Shown here in pieces: positions 45,716-55,704 of a stretch of DNA of 64,000 nucleotides (positions are counted from its first letter, which is position 1; each line of letters starts with the position of its first letter). The stretch is taken from contig AWSN01000001.1 of NCBI GenBank assembly GCA_000505065.1, forward strand, positions 339,647-403,646. Direction: 5' to 3'. The translations under genes and the position numbers were made by a program. Source of the DNA: Parcubacteria bacterium RAAC4_OD1_1 (lineage in GTDB: Bacteria; Patescibacteriota; Minisyncoccia; Phycocordibacterales; UBA9973). Below the pieces are notes generated by a model, which saw nothing but the letters and a program-made list of their open reading frames with translations, was not told where the DNA came from and made no database searches.

Positions 45716-46566
45716 AGTTTTTTAGCATTTTCTAATATCTGAATAGCAACTTTTTCCTCATCCAATCTTTTTATCTCTGCAATCTTTTTTACTATATCTT
45801 TAACATAAACAGATTCATTTCTTTTCCCCCTATGTGGAACAGGGGCGACATAAGGGCTATCTGTGTCTGCCATAATCCTATCTAACGGTAATTCTTTTAT
45901 AATTTCTTCATAATTTATTTTTCTTGGATCATTTTTTTTTGGAGGATAAGTTATAACCCCAGCAAAAGAAACATAAAAACCAAAATCAATAAAATCTTTC
46001 GCGTCTTTTAGAGTCCCAGCAAAAAAATGTATCACACCTTTGACCTTAGAATATTTTTTCAATATTTCAAGTACATCCTGATAGGCACTTATATTTAAAT
46101 TCTCATCACTATTTCTTATGTGGAGCATTAGGGGTATTTCTAACTCATTAGCAAGCTCTATCTGGTCTATAAAAGCTTTCTTTTGTTTTTCTACACTATC
46201 GGGAGATAAATGATAATAATCAAGTCCACACTCACCTACTCCTACTACCTTCCCTATTTTAGTAAGCTCTCTGTATTTATTTTTATCAAAAATTTCACCA
46301 CGTGAAGTAAATTCTTTTTCTTCACTTCCGAGCTCACTTTCATCATGATATGAGGTGCTCGTATGTATAGGGTGAAGCCCAATAGTAGAATAAACCCCCT
46401 CTTTGTATTTATTCGTCATCTCTACAGCCTTTTTTGAAGTATCATATTGTGTGCCGATATTTATTACCCAAGTATCTCCCTCTAATGCACGAGAAATAAC
46501 AGCATCACGATCTTCATCAAATGCCACAAAATTAATATGTGCATGTATGTCTATATATTTAGGCAT
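45703..46566 (-). CDS. TatD family metal-dependent DNase/hydrolase
   Basis: IDIHAHINF..., GLHP, and further His/Asp metal ligands in TIM-barrel order. Confidence 0.8.
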   Translation of the reverse strand: MPKYIDIHAHINFVAFDEDRDAVISRALEGDTWVINIGTQYDTSKKAVEMTNKYKEGVYSTIGLHPIHTSTSYHDESELGSEEKEFTSRGEIFDKNKYRELTKIGKVVGVGECGLDYYHLSPDSVEKQKKAFIDQIELANELEIPLMLHIRNSDENLNISAYQDVLEILKKYSKVKGVIHFFAGTLKDAKDFIDFGFYVSFAGVITYPPKKNDPRKINYEEIIKELPLDRIMADTDSPYVAPVPHRGKRNESVYVKDIVKKIAEIKRLDEEKVAIQILENAKKLFKI

Positions 46567-46567
46567 A

Positions 46568-48031
46568 TTATTTCCTTAAAAATAATGAAGTTTCTGGCTT
46601 TTTGTTTTGCTTAATTAATTCTTGAATTTTTTGAGATGTTTCTGGAAGCAATGGAACAAGCATCTTAGATATTACAAAGAGATTTAAAACATTTTCTCTT
46701 ATTAATTCTTTTCCTTTTTCCAGATCAACTTTTACAATCTTGAATGGTTCTGTCTCTTGAATTCTTTTATCTAATTCCCCTACTTTCTCCCATATAAAGG
46801 AAGCCGCTTTTTGTATATCAAAATTGTCTAAGTGAGCAAAAAATTCCGTAGGAATTTTTTGCTCTTCTAAATTTAAATTAGCATCCAAATATTTTTCAGA
46901 AAGTGTAAGGATTCTCGAAGTTAAATTACCTAATCCATTTGCGAGGCCTGAGTTATATGCATCCTTAAATCTCTCCATTGTAAAAGGACTATCTTCAAAG
47001 CTCCCTACTTCACGAAGAAGAAAATATCTAAGAGCATCTATACCATATTCGGCCACGATATCTCTCGGGTCCACTACATTACCCAATGTCTTTGACATTC
47101 TTATCCCTCCTTCACCAGTAATAAATCCATTGATAATTATCTGATGCGAATTTGGTACATTTGCAGCCATAAGCATCGCTTGCCACATAGCAGCCTGAAA
47201 TCGAATATTGTCTTTCCCACAATACTGAGTAGGATTTCCATTTACCCAATATTTTATAAATTTCTCACTTTTTAAAAGTTCATCTAAGGTCTCTATTCCG
47301 TCATCTGCAAGTGTTGATATATAATTAGTAAGAGCATCAAACCATACATACATCACCTGTGAAGGATCTCCTGGTACTTCGATCCCCCATGGCATTTTTT
47401 CTTTAAGTCTTGATATAGAAAAATCCTGCAGACCATTTTTCACAAAATTCTTTATCTCATTCAAGCGAAAATCAGGTATGACAAAATTTGTATTTTTCTC
47501 ATACAAATCTAAAAGTTTATTTCCAAAAAGACTATATTTGAAAAAGTAATTCTCCTCATTGATTATTTTAAGTTCATGCCCTGGATGAAGTGGACATTCA
47601 TTATTTACAAGCTCACTATCTGTCTTTTCACTTTCACACCCAGCACAATATTTAGCTTCATAAGCCTTTTTATATATATAACCATTCTTTTCTACTACTC
47701 TCCAAAAATCTTGAGCAATTTTTATATGCTTCTCATCTGTTGTTCTTATAAAATGAACATCTTCTAGTATTCCAAATATTTTTATTTGTTCTCTAAAAGT
47801 CTCAAAACTTTGATTAACAAAATCTTGAGGAGATATTCCTAGGTTGTATGCTTTATCATAAATCTTTACTCCGTGTTCATCTGTCCCAGTATTAAAATAT
47901 ACATCACATCCTATTAGCTTTTTATATCTAGCAATAGCATCTGTTCTAACAAATTCAAGAGCATGCCCTAAATGAAGTGGTGCATTTACATAAGGAAGAG
48001 TTGTTGTTATAAAAAAATTTTTATCATTCAT
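46568..48031 (-). CDS. metG: methionyl-tRNA synthetase
   Basis: HLGH (PYVNAPLHLGHA), zinc knuckle CAGC..C..H, KMSKTLGN; start set at MNDKNFFITT. Confidence 0.9.
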   Translation of the reverse strand: MNDKNFFITTTLPYVNAPLHLGHALEFVRTDAIARYKKLIGCDVYFNTGTDEHGVKIYDKAYNLGISPQDFVNQSFETFREQIKIFGILEDVHFIRTTDEKHIKIAQDFWRVVEKNGYIYKKAYEAKYCAGCESEKTDSELVNNECPLHPGHELKIINEENYFFKYSLFGNKLLDLYEKNTNFVIPDFRLNEIKNFVKNGLQDFSISRLKEKMPWGIEVPGDPSQVMYVWFDALTNYISTLADDGIETLDELLKSEKFIKYWVNGNPTQYCGKDNIRFQAAMWQAMLMAANVPNSHQIIINGFITGEGGIRMSKTLGNVVDPRDIVAEYGIDALRYFLLREVGSFEDSPFTMERFKDAYNSGLANGLGNLTSRILTLSEKYLDANLNLEEQKIPTEFFAHLDNFDIQKAASFIWEKVGELDKRIQETEPFKIVKVDLEKGKELIRENVLNLFVISKMLVPLLPETSQKIQELIKQNKKPETSLFLRK

Positions 48032-48032
48032 A

Positions 48033-49118
48033 TTAAGATTGTTCTTTATGCTCTTTAAAAATATTTTTCTTTTTCTCGATATCGTAATAAAGTTCAAACA
48101 AAAATACTGAAATAGGTATAGCGAGAACTATCCCCCAAAAACCTGCTAAGTGTCCACCAATCAATACAGAAAGTATTACAACCAAAGGAGAAATACCTAT
48201 GACATTTTTAACAATAAGCGGATAGATAAGGTAATTTTCAAATTGGTGAAGTATAAAAAACATAGCAGCTGCAATAATAGCAAGCGTAACCCCTCCATCC
48301 AAATAACTAAAAACAGTAGCAGGAATCATTGCAACAAATATTCCAAATGGTATAAGTTCACAAAATGCAGTAAGTATTGCAATAATCAAAGAGTATTTGA
48401 CCCCCATAATTGTAAGACCTAAATAAACCAAAATACCCATAATGACACCCAAAAGAAGCTGTCCCTGAAACCAAAGACCAATCTTTCTCTCTGTTCTTCT
48501 CCAAAGATCTATTACATATTCTTCTTGATTGTAAGGGGTAATTATTCTCAAAAAATTTTCTACTCCTCTTTCTGTCAGAGAAAGGAATATTGATAATATA
48601 AAAATAATAACTAAATTAAATATTCCACCAAAAGCTTGACCAAATACATTAAAAAATCCACCAGACAAACTATTTATCATTCCTCTTCCTGATTGAATCA
48701 CATTTTCAATCGAAGAATTCGAGGTAATATCAGAAACAACATCTTTAGCACCAGTTATAGTTTCAGGCTGAAAAGTATTTAAAACACTTGTATCAGGAAT
48801 ATATTTACCAAGTGAATTTACTAAAAGAGACATCTCTTCTATAAATACTGGTAAAAAAATAGATGACAATCCTACTAATGTTGCAATAACGATAAAGTAT
48901 ATTATAAAAACTATTAATGCTCTATTTTTAATATATTTTTTAAATTTCAGAACTGCATATTCAACAAAAGAAGCGATCACGATAGATGTAAGAATTATAA
49001 GGATCACATTATAGAGCTTAAATAAAGCAAAGACTAAAAAACCAAAAAGTACCACTCTTATGATAGTGCTATTAGATATATTTATATTCATATTTTGTGG
49101 ATTATTCTCCATAAGCAT
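48033..49118 (-). CDS. AI-2E family transporter (second paralogue)
   Basis: 361 aa with 8 TM helices, UPF0118 pattern. Confidence 0.75.
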   Translation of the reverse strand: MLMENNPQNMNINISNSTIIRVVLFGFLVFALFKLYNVILIILTSIVIASFVEYAVLKFKKYIKNRALIVFIIYFIVIATLVGLSSIFLPVFIEEMSLLVNSLGKYIPDTSVLNTFQPETITGAKDVVSDITSNSSIENVIQSGRGMINSLSGGFFNVFGQAFGGIFNLVIIFILSIFLSLTERGVENFLRIITPYNQEEYVIDLWRRTERKIGLWFQGQLLLGVIMGILVYLGLTIMGVKYSLIIAILTAFCELIPFGIFVAMIPATVFSYLDGGVTLAIIAAAMFFILHQFENYLIYPLIVKNVIGISPLVVILSVLIGGHLAGFWGIVLAIPISVFLFELYYDIEKKKNIFKEHKEQS

Positions 49119-49156
49119 ATATTATCACAAAATCATAATTTAGGTTAATTAAATAT

Positions 49157-50434
49157 TTATAAATTAAAACTTAAAATCTTTTCAAGTTTTAATTTATCTT
49201 TTACGGGTCCAACAATAGCTAAATTTAAATTTTTATCTTTAAAAATTTCCTTGGCAACTTTTCTTATATCTTCACTTTTTACACTCTTTACTTCTTTTAT
49301 TTTTTCATCCATTGTTTTTATTTCCTTTTTTAAAAGTTCTTGCCCACCATAAAAATTAGCTACATCATCAGTAGATTCTAACGCCATCTTCATATTCCCT
49401 ATCAAAAAAGATTTTACTTTTTCTAATTCTTTTTCTCCTACAAGTTCAGTCGTCATTGTTTTGCATTCTTTTATTATTTCATTTAAAACTTCAAAAAGTT
49501 TTTCATTATTTAATCCTACATATATCTGGAAAGAACCATGATCAAGGGAAGGATTATTTGAAGCTCTCACATTGTAAGCTACCCCCATATCTTCACGAAG
49601 TTTATTAAAAAGTCTTGAACTCATCCCTGCTCCCAAAACAGCAGAAAGTATAGAAATATCTTTATTTTTCTTATTAAAAATATCAAAGGTTCGAACTCCT
49701 AATACAAGATGAGTTTGATCTATCTCTTTGTATTTTATAAACATCTCTGGCTTATTCTGATTTATTTTAGTTTTTGGTTTCTTTCCTTCTTTGCTAATTT
49801 TAATATTCTTAAAATATTTATCTATTTCTTTATAAACTTCCTTTTCATTTATATTTCCAGAAACAACAACAAGAGTATTTGAGGATACATAGTGTAATTT
49901 TTTATAATCTATAAAATCTTTTTGAGTCATTTTGTAAATATTTTCTTTCGTTCCTAGTGTGCTTCTTCCTGTTGGTTGATCTCCATACAAAACTTTCTCA
50001 AACAAATCCTGCACTTGAGCTTGTGGTATATCTTCATACATATTTATTTCTTCAATTATCACCCCTTTTTCTTTCTCTATTTCTTTTTCTGGAAAAGTAG
50101 AATTTAAATAAATATCAGAAATTATTTCAAAAATTTTCCCAATTTTTTTCGCATCCCCCTTCATATAATACCCAGTATATTCATTACTTGTGAATGCATT
50201 ATACTGGCACCCCAAAGCATCAAGCTCGTGAGATATTTCCTTACTTGTTGGTCTCTTTTCTGTTCCTTTAAAGCACATATGCTCTAAAAAGTGCGAGATC
50301 CCATTGATTTCTTTTGGTTCATAATCACTACCCGTACCTACAAGCACAAGCACAGTCACTGTAGGATTGTCCTTCATTGGTATCGTCATTACCCGAAGTC
50401 CATTTTTATATATTTTCTTTTTTGCTTTTAACAT
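49157..50434 (-). CDS. M16 family zinc peptidase (pitrilysin/insulinase-like)
   Basis: Inverted zincin motif HFLEHMCFKGT. Confidence 0.85.
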   Translation of the reverse strand: MLKAKKKIYKNGLRVMTIPMKDNPTVTVLVLVGTGSDYEPKEINGISHFLEHMCFKGTEKRPTSKEISHELDALGCQYNAFTSNEYTGYYMKGDAKKIGKIFEIISDIYLNSTFPEKEIEKEKGVIIEEINMYEDIPQAQVQDLFEKVLYGDQPTGRSTLGTKENIYKMTQKDFIDYKKLHYVSSNTLVVVSGNINEKEVYKEIDKYFKNIKISKEGKKPKTKINQNKPEMFIKYKEIDQTHLVLGVRTFDIFNKKNKDISILSAVLGAGMSSRLFNKLREDMGVAYNVRASNNPSLDHGSFQIYVGLNNEKLFEVLNEIIKECKTMTTELVGEKELEKVKSFLIGNMKMALESTDDVANFYGGQELLKKEIKTMDEKIKEVKSVKSEDIRKVAKEIFKDKNLNLAIVGPVKDKLKLEKILSFNL

Positions 50435-50500
50435 AATGGCATTTTAGCACAAAACTTGTATATTAAAAATCTCCCACATATCGGATATGTGGGAGATTTT

Positions 50501-51796
50501 TTAATTCAATCTTTCTTTTATATATTCTACAATTTTATCTTTATGAACCCTCTCTTGCTCTCCAGTATCACGGTCGCGGATGGTAAGGGTGTCATCTCCT
50601 AATGTATCAAAGTCCACAACGATACACCATGGAGTCCCTATTTCATCTTGCCTACGGTAACGCTTGCCGATGTTGCCATTGTCATCCCACATTACCCTTC
50701 CAAATTCAGCCTTAAGAATACCATAAATTTTTTCTGCATATTCCCTAAGTTCAGCTTTGTTTTTAAGAAGTGGAGATACAGCACAAATTACAGGTGCCAC
50801 GGATGGCTTAAAAGACAGATAAGGTCTAGGTTCTTCTCCTTTCAAATCCTCCCTATAAGATGAAGAAAGAAGTGCGAGTACCGTCCTGTCTACCCCAAAA
50901 GTTGGTTCTATCACATGAGGAATTAATTTTACATTTGATTCTTCATCTTGATAATTTATATTGTGTCTAGATAAATCAAAGTCCGTCCTATACGCAAGAC
51001 CATAAAGCTCTTTCCTGCCAAAAGGAAAATCAAACTCAAAATCAATCGTGCGCTTGGAGTAGTGAGCTAAATCATCCGTTGAAACTTCTAGCTCATAAAC
51101 CTTTTCCATATCAATACCTACTCCATCCATCCATTCAAGCATTTCATCTCTCCAATATTCAAAATATTTTTGCCAATCTTCTTCTTTTATAAAATATTCA
51201 ATTTCCATTTGCTCAAACTCACGCACACGGAAAATAAAATCACGAGGTGTAATTTCATTTCTAAACGCTTTACCGATTTGACCCATTCCAAAAGGAAGCT
51301 TTGGGTGAAATGAGTCTACAATATTTTTAAAATTTACAAACATCCCTTGAGCAGTCTCAGGCCTTAGATACACTGTCGCCGAAGAATCTTCTACTGCTCC
51401 AATCTGAGTTTGAAACATCATGTTAAATTGTTTTGCTTCTCCGACGAGACTTCCACACTCATCACATTTTCCTTTTTCTTTTAGTTGATCTTCTCTGAAA
51501 CGACGCTTACATTTAACACATTCTACAAGTGGATCTGAAAATGTATCTACATGCCCTGATGCTTTCCATACAGAAGAATTCATTATGATGGCCGCATCTA
51601 CCCCATACATATCATTCCTTCCATCGACAAACTTTTTCCACCAAGAATTTTTAATATTATTTTTGAGTGAGACACCTAGTGGCCCATAGTCATATGTCCC
51701 TGCAAGCCCGCCGTAAATATCACTCCCAGGATATATAAAACCCCTTCTTTTACATAGAGATATAATCTTTTCCATTAATTTTTCATCTTTTTCCAT
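50501..51796 (-). CDS. glyQS: glycyl-tRNA synthetase (dimeric class II GlyQS type)
   Basis: MEKIISLCKRRGFIYPGSDIYGGLAGTYDYGPLG, Zn/insertion and anticodon-binding domains. Confidence 0.9.
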   Translation of the reverse strand: MEKDEKLMEKIISLCKRRGFIYPGSDIYGGLAGTYDYGPLGVSLKNNIKNSWWKKFVDGRNDMYGVDAAIIMNSSVWKASGHVDTFSDPLVECVKCKRRFREDQLKEKGKCDECGSLVGEAKQFNMMFQTQIGAVEDSSATVYLRPETAQGMFVNFKNIVDSFHPKLPFGMGQIGKAFRNEITPRDFIFRVREFEQMEIEYFIKEEDWQKYFEYWRDEMLEWMDGVGIDMEKVYELEVSTDDLAHYSKRTIDFEFDFPFGRKELYGLAYRTDFDLSRHNINYQDEESNVKLIPHVIEPTFGVDRTVLALLSSSYREDLKGEEPRPYLSFKPSVAPVICAVSPLLKNKAELREYAEKIYGILKAEFGRVMWDDNGNIGKRYRRQDEIGTPWCIVVDFDTLGDDTLTIRDRDTGEQERVHKDKIVEYIKERLN

Positions 51797-51836
51797 AATT
51801 TATTATATTATATTATTTGTGGATATAAGTCATCTT

Positions 51837-53744
51837 TTATTTTACAACCTTTTCATTTCCATATTGAAAATTAGGATCATTCTGTAAAAAAGTCGTAGAT
51901 GCTTGTTTTTCACTATTTACTTCTACTTCTGCAAAAGAATCAAATCCAGATAAGTAAATTCCTTTCATTATTGTGGGAACAGATCCTACCTGAGAAATAG
52001 AAGGTCTAAATGATATAATAAAAGAAACTTCTTTACTTGTGTCAAATCCGGTATTAGGTCTTACAGATCCCGCATTCCAAATTATTTCTCTAGTAGAATT
52101 GTTATAAGATACTGAGTCATTAGTACCTGAAGCCATTCCCACAAAATCTACATATTCTGGAAGCTCTGTTTTAGCCTGTGCATTATTAATAAAATTTGAA
52201 GTATTAGAAAGTGTCCAAGTTACAATGTATCTAGTCTCATTTTCAGCCTTAGGAGGTAAAGGACCTGAAAGATATTTTACAGAATTTGCAATTTGAAAAT
52301 CTGAAATTATTTTTATAGATTTTTTAACAAAATTATTTACTTCATCAAAAGACGTCCCTGTGGTAGGCTGTTTGCCTTTTATACTTACTTCAATGTTTAT
52401 CTGTGGATCTTTTATGCTTGTATTACCAATAAGTAAAGATGCGGGTTTGATATTGAAGTCGACAGTTCCACTTTCACCAGGCTCTATATCAGAAAGACTA
52501 GAAATAGTGTTCTTGCTCCAAATTATTTTATTATTTAAAGAATCAAAATATCCATTATATGGATTTACATTATTTTTATCAAAAACATTTCCAGAAAGTG
52601 TTGCTACAATCTCTGCATCTATTATCCTTGAAGGTAAATTATTCGCCCATACAAGAGATACATTTATGTTTCCATTTGAATAAGCAGAGGGTTCAAATTT
52701 TTCTTCCCCATTTACTAAAATTTTTGTTTCAAGAAATGGTTTTGTGATTGAAACTTTATGAAGAAAAGAATTATAAACCATCTCCACAATAGCGGGATTA
52801 TTCCTTCCTGTTGCTCCAGCATACACTCTAAAAGATTGCTCATCTCCCTCATTACCCACCATCATCCCTTTTATCTCAATTGAAAATGGTTTTGTTAAAG
52901 AGAGTTCTGATAAATTCCAAACAGAATTTCCAATAGTAGGAGAAGGAACAGCGTTTTCAAAGACGAAATTACTTGGGTAATATACCTGTACAATATTATT
53001 TCCTTCTGGTAATGTGGTATTTAAGCTAGTATTTATTTTTATAGAAAAATCCTGTTCATTTGTAACATCACTAGGAGCCGTAAGGGTAAGAGATAGTGGT
53101 GCCGAAGAAATAGTGACCGGATGCTCAATGGTCTTTGTTATGATAGCATTTGAACCCTCTGAGTGGTATTCTAGGCTCACTTTTACATTTCTCGTAGATT
53201 TTTCCTCTCCATATAAAGTCACATTTACATTTCTTATAACACTTTCGCCAGATTTAATCGTCCCAATAACATCTCTAGGAAGTCTCACTATATCAGTATT
53301 TTCATCACTAGCACCCTTAGGATATTCAATCAAAAGATTTGCAAATTCTAATTTGGCGCTATTTTTGTTTGTAATCTCTACTTGTAATTGCAACTCTTCT
53401 CCCCCTTTTGCAAAAGCATTACCAAGGACAAGTATATCAATCTTTTCACTGGAAACAGAAGAATCTCCATTATAAAATTTATAAACAGAAAATCCAACAG
53501 CAAACAAGAAAAACACAAGAGCTCCAATAAAAAACTTTTTTGAAAATGATGATTTTGGTTTTTCTATTTTATTTTGTCTTTTCATATTTTCTAATTCTTC
53601 TTTAGAATAATCATCTCTCCAACTATAAGGCACTTCATGCCCTACTCGATGAAGAACCCTATCTTTATGTCTTTCTGATATTGTATCTTCTTTATCATAC
53701 AATCTGCGTCTTAAGTCTTCTATTTTAGAATCTTTTTCATTCAT
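51837..53744 (-). CDS. large membrane-anchored extracytoplasmic protein, unknown function
   Basis: Basic cytoplasmic N-terminus, one TM (FFIGALVFFLFAVGF), then about 550 aa of predicted beta-rich extracellular domains. Confidence 0.5.
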   Translation of the reverse strand: MNEKDSKIEDLRRRLYDKEDTISERHKDRVLHRVGHEVPYSWRDDYSKEELENMKRQNKIEKPKSSFSKKFFIGALVFFLFAVGFSVYKFYNGDSSVSSEKIDILVLGNAFAKGGEELQLQVEITNKNSAKLEFANLLIEYPKGASDENTDIVRLPRDVIGTIKSGESVIRNVNVTLYGEEKSTRNVKVSLEYHSEGSNAIITKTIEHPVTISSAPLSLTLTAPSDVTNEQDFSIKINTSLNTTLPEGNNIVQVYYPSNFVFENAVPSPTIGNSVWNLSELSLTKPFSIEIKGMMVGNEGDEQSFRVYAGATGRNNPAIVEMVYNSFLHKVSITKPFLETKILVNGEEKFEPSAYSNGNINVSLVWANNLPSRIIDAEIVATLSGNVFDKNNVNPYNGYFDSLNNKIIWSKNTISSLSDIEPGESGTVDFNIKPASLLIGNTSIKDPQINIEVSIKGKQPTTGTSFDEVNNFVKKSIKIISDFQIANSVKYLSGPLPPKAENETRYIVTWTLSNTSNFINNAQAKTELPEYVDFVGMASGTNDSVSYNNSTREIIWNAGSVRPNTGFDTSKEVSFIISFRPSISQVGSVPTIMKGIYLSGFDSFAEVEVNSEKQASTTFLQNDPNFQYGNEKVVK

Positions 53745-53772
53745 AAATTTATTATATCACAAATTTCGTTAA

Positions 53773-54360
53773 TTAAAGTTGGCTTTCGTTTAAAGCCTTG
53801 TTGATATATCCAATGATTGATCTTTTATCTTTAAGTAATGATTCTGTCTTCTTTATATTAATATCTCCATCCAAATAATCTCTTAAGGTGCTCGACTCTC
53901 CAATGTAACCAAGTGAGTCCATAATTCTAAGCACTAAATGTATCTCCAAGGCTTCTCTAGAAGATTTTGATACATCTTCATCATCTAATATATAAAGACA
54001 ATTTATAAGATCATCAAATATTTTTATATTAGCTTCTTCTCCCACACAAAGTCTCTCAAGAAGAGAGCTTACTTTTGCAATAAAAAATATAGAATCTTTA
54101 TTTGCCCGAGCGATAGGAAAGGTCGATATATTTCCTGCTGTAGTTATCCTCCAAATATCCTTACCTCTAACAAAGTCTATTTTTGCATACGAAAAATCTT
54201 GAAGTGAAAAACGAAGTTTTGATCTATGAAGTCTCACTCCTTGGACCATCGCCCGCACAAGCCCAAGCTCCCGAGTATAAACTGAAAGCATTTTATTCGC
54301 CTCCCCTTTATTTTTAGAGCTTAAAACAAATCCGTGAGTATGATAAATATGGTGATGCAT
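53773..54360 (-). CDS. recO: DNA repair protein RecO (short form)
   Basis: N-terminal OB fold HTHGFVLSSKNKGEANKMLSVYTRELGLVRAMVQG. Confidence 0.7.
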   Translation of the reverse strand: MHHHIYHTHGFVLSSKNKGEANKMLSVYTRELGLVRAMVQGVRLHRSKLRFSLQDFSYAKIDFVRGKDIWRITTAGNISTFPIARANKDSIFFIAKVSSLLERLCVGEEANIKIFDDLINCLYILDDEDVSKSSREALEIHLVLRIMDSLGYIGESSTLRDYLDGDINIKKTESLLKDKRSIIGYINKALNESQL

Positions 54361-54407
54361 AAATAGTTTCTAGTGTTTAGTAATTAGTTTTTAGGTTTAT
54401 AAATAAT

Positions 54408-55613
54408 TTATGGGATAAAAATTTCTTTTTCTATATATTCATTTGATTTTTGTTTTATAAAATCACGTAAATCATTTTTAATATCATCTTTATAATCATA
54501 AACAAAATTATCTAATTTATTAATTTTTAATTCTTTTGCTTTTTTAAGCATTTCTAAATATCTTTTACCTTTATCAGTTTGTAGATAATTATATACTGCT
54601 TCATTTTTATAAAATAAATCACAAATTTCTTCATAAGACAGAGTGTCCCATTTTTCATCTATCTCTTTTGATATAAATTCAACATATTTTCTAAATTCTT
54701 TCGATTCTTCACTTATTTCTTTTAAAATAATATTCCCTCTTTTTTCCTTCGGTAAATATTTTTTAAGAAAATCTTCAGTTTTTATAAATCCTTTTGAAGT
54801 ATAAAAATCTGGTATGCCTGTCTTTATAAATTTATTCATTCTTTCTTTATTTAATTTCCCGTTCTCATCTATAAATTGGCCCCAAAATCCTTCATTACCA
54901 GAAACTTGTTCTTTTCTTCCAGAAACAATAAAACCAATTCTTTTCCCAATAGGAGAATCTACAAGCCAAGAATTTGCAGTTATTGCTTTTACTTGTGGAT
55001 ATTCATCAACTATTTTAGAAGCTAAAATAGATAATGAATCTCCTGAAAATATACTTTTTAAATTAGAATCTTTTTCTTTTTGTTTGTACAATTCCTCAAA
55101 ATGAATTTCCAAACAATCATCCATATCAGATATACCAAATTTTTCTAATTCTTCATATCCTTTTACATTAAAATGAATCAACCCAGCACTAGGTCCTGAT
55201 TTTTCTGGTAATTTATTTATCTCGGGACCAATTTTATTTAAATTTTCCAAAGATATTTCTTTTATATTATATTTCCATTGTTTTTTATCTTTTAAATAAG
55301 AATCATTAATCTGACGAGATATTACTCCTGTAGTATACCCAATAATTTGATCAATTTTATCTTTTTTCATCTTTTCAAAATTAGGAATTCTTTTTAGACA
55401 TTCATCATAAATTACCCTTTTTAAATAAGAAAAATCCATAACCAAATCTCCAATATCTTTATCTTTTTCAATTTTTTGTTTAAATTCCCCAGAATATAAT
55501 TTCTCCACATATTGAAGTTGGTAATCAAAAACTTCTTCTCGGACACTCTCAAAACGTCTAGAATTATCAATATTAGAAATATCTTCCTTTTTAGGTATAT
55601 TTATTTTCTCCAT
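54408..55613 (-). CDS. hypothetical protein
   Basis: 401-aa ORF, charged, no motif recognised. Confidence 0.45.
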   Translation of the reverse strand: MEKINIPKKEDISNIDNSRRFESVREEVFDYQLQYVEKLYSGEFKQKIEKDKDIGDLVMDFSYLKRVIYDECLKRIPNFEKMKKDKIDQIIGYTTGVISRQINDSYLKDKKQWKYNIKEISLENLNKIGPEINKLPEKSGPSAGLIHFNVKGYEELEKFGISDMDDCLEIHFEELYKQKEKDSNLKSIFSGDSLSILASKIVDEYPQVKAITANSWLVDSPIGKRIGFIVSGRKEQVSGNEGFWGQFIDENGKLNKERMNKFIKTGIPDFYTSKGFIKTEDFLKKYLPKEKRGNIILKEISEESKEFRKYVEFISKEIDEKWDTLSYEEICDLFYKNEAVYNYLQTDKGKRYLEMLKKAKELKINKLDNFVYDYKDDIKNDLRDFIKQKSNEYIEKEIFIP

Positions 55614-55660
55614 ATTTGTATTTTATCACAAATAAAATTAACTTGTAATCATACAGCCTA

Positions 55661-55701
55661 ACACACAAAATCGGAAGGTCTTGCCTTCCGATTTTGTGTG
55701 T
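55661..55701 (-). terminator. terminator after ileS
   Basis: acacacaaaatcggaaggtcttgccttccgattttgtgtgt. Confidence 0.6.
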
Positions 55702-55704
55702 TTC

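Noticed and set aside
45501-45728. 75-aa ORF between rpsF and tatD
   Set aside because: Spans the family-2 repeat and the rpsF leader hairpins. No coding signal; overlaps the tatD start.
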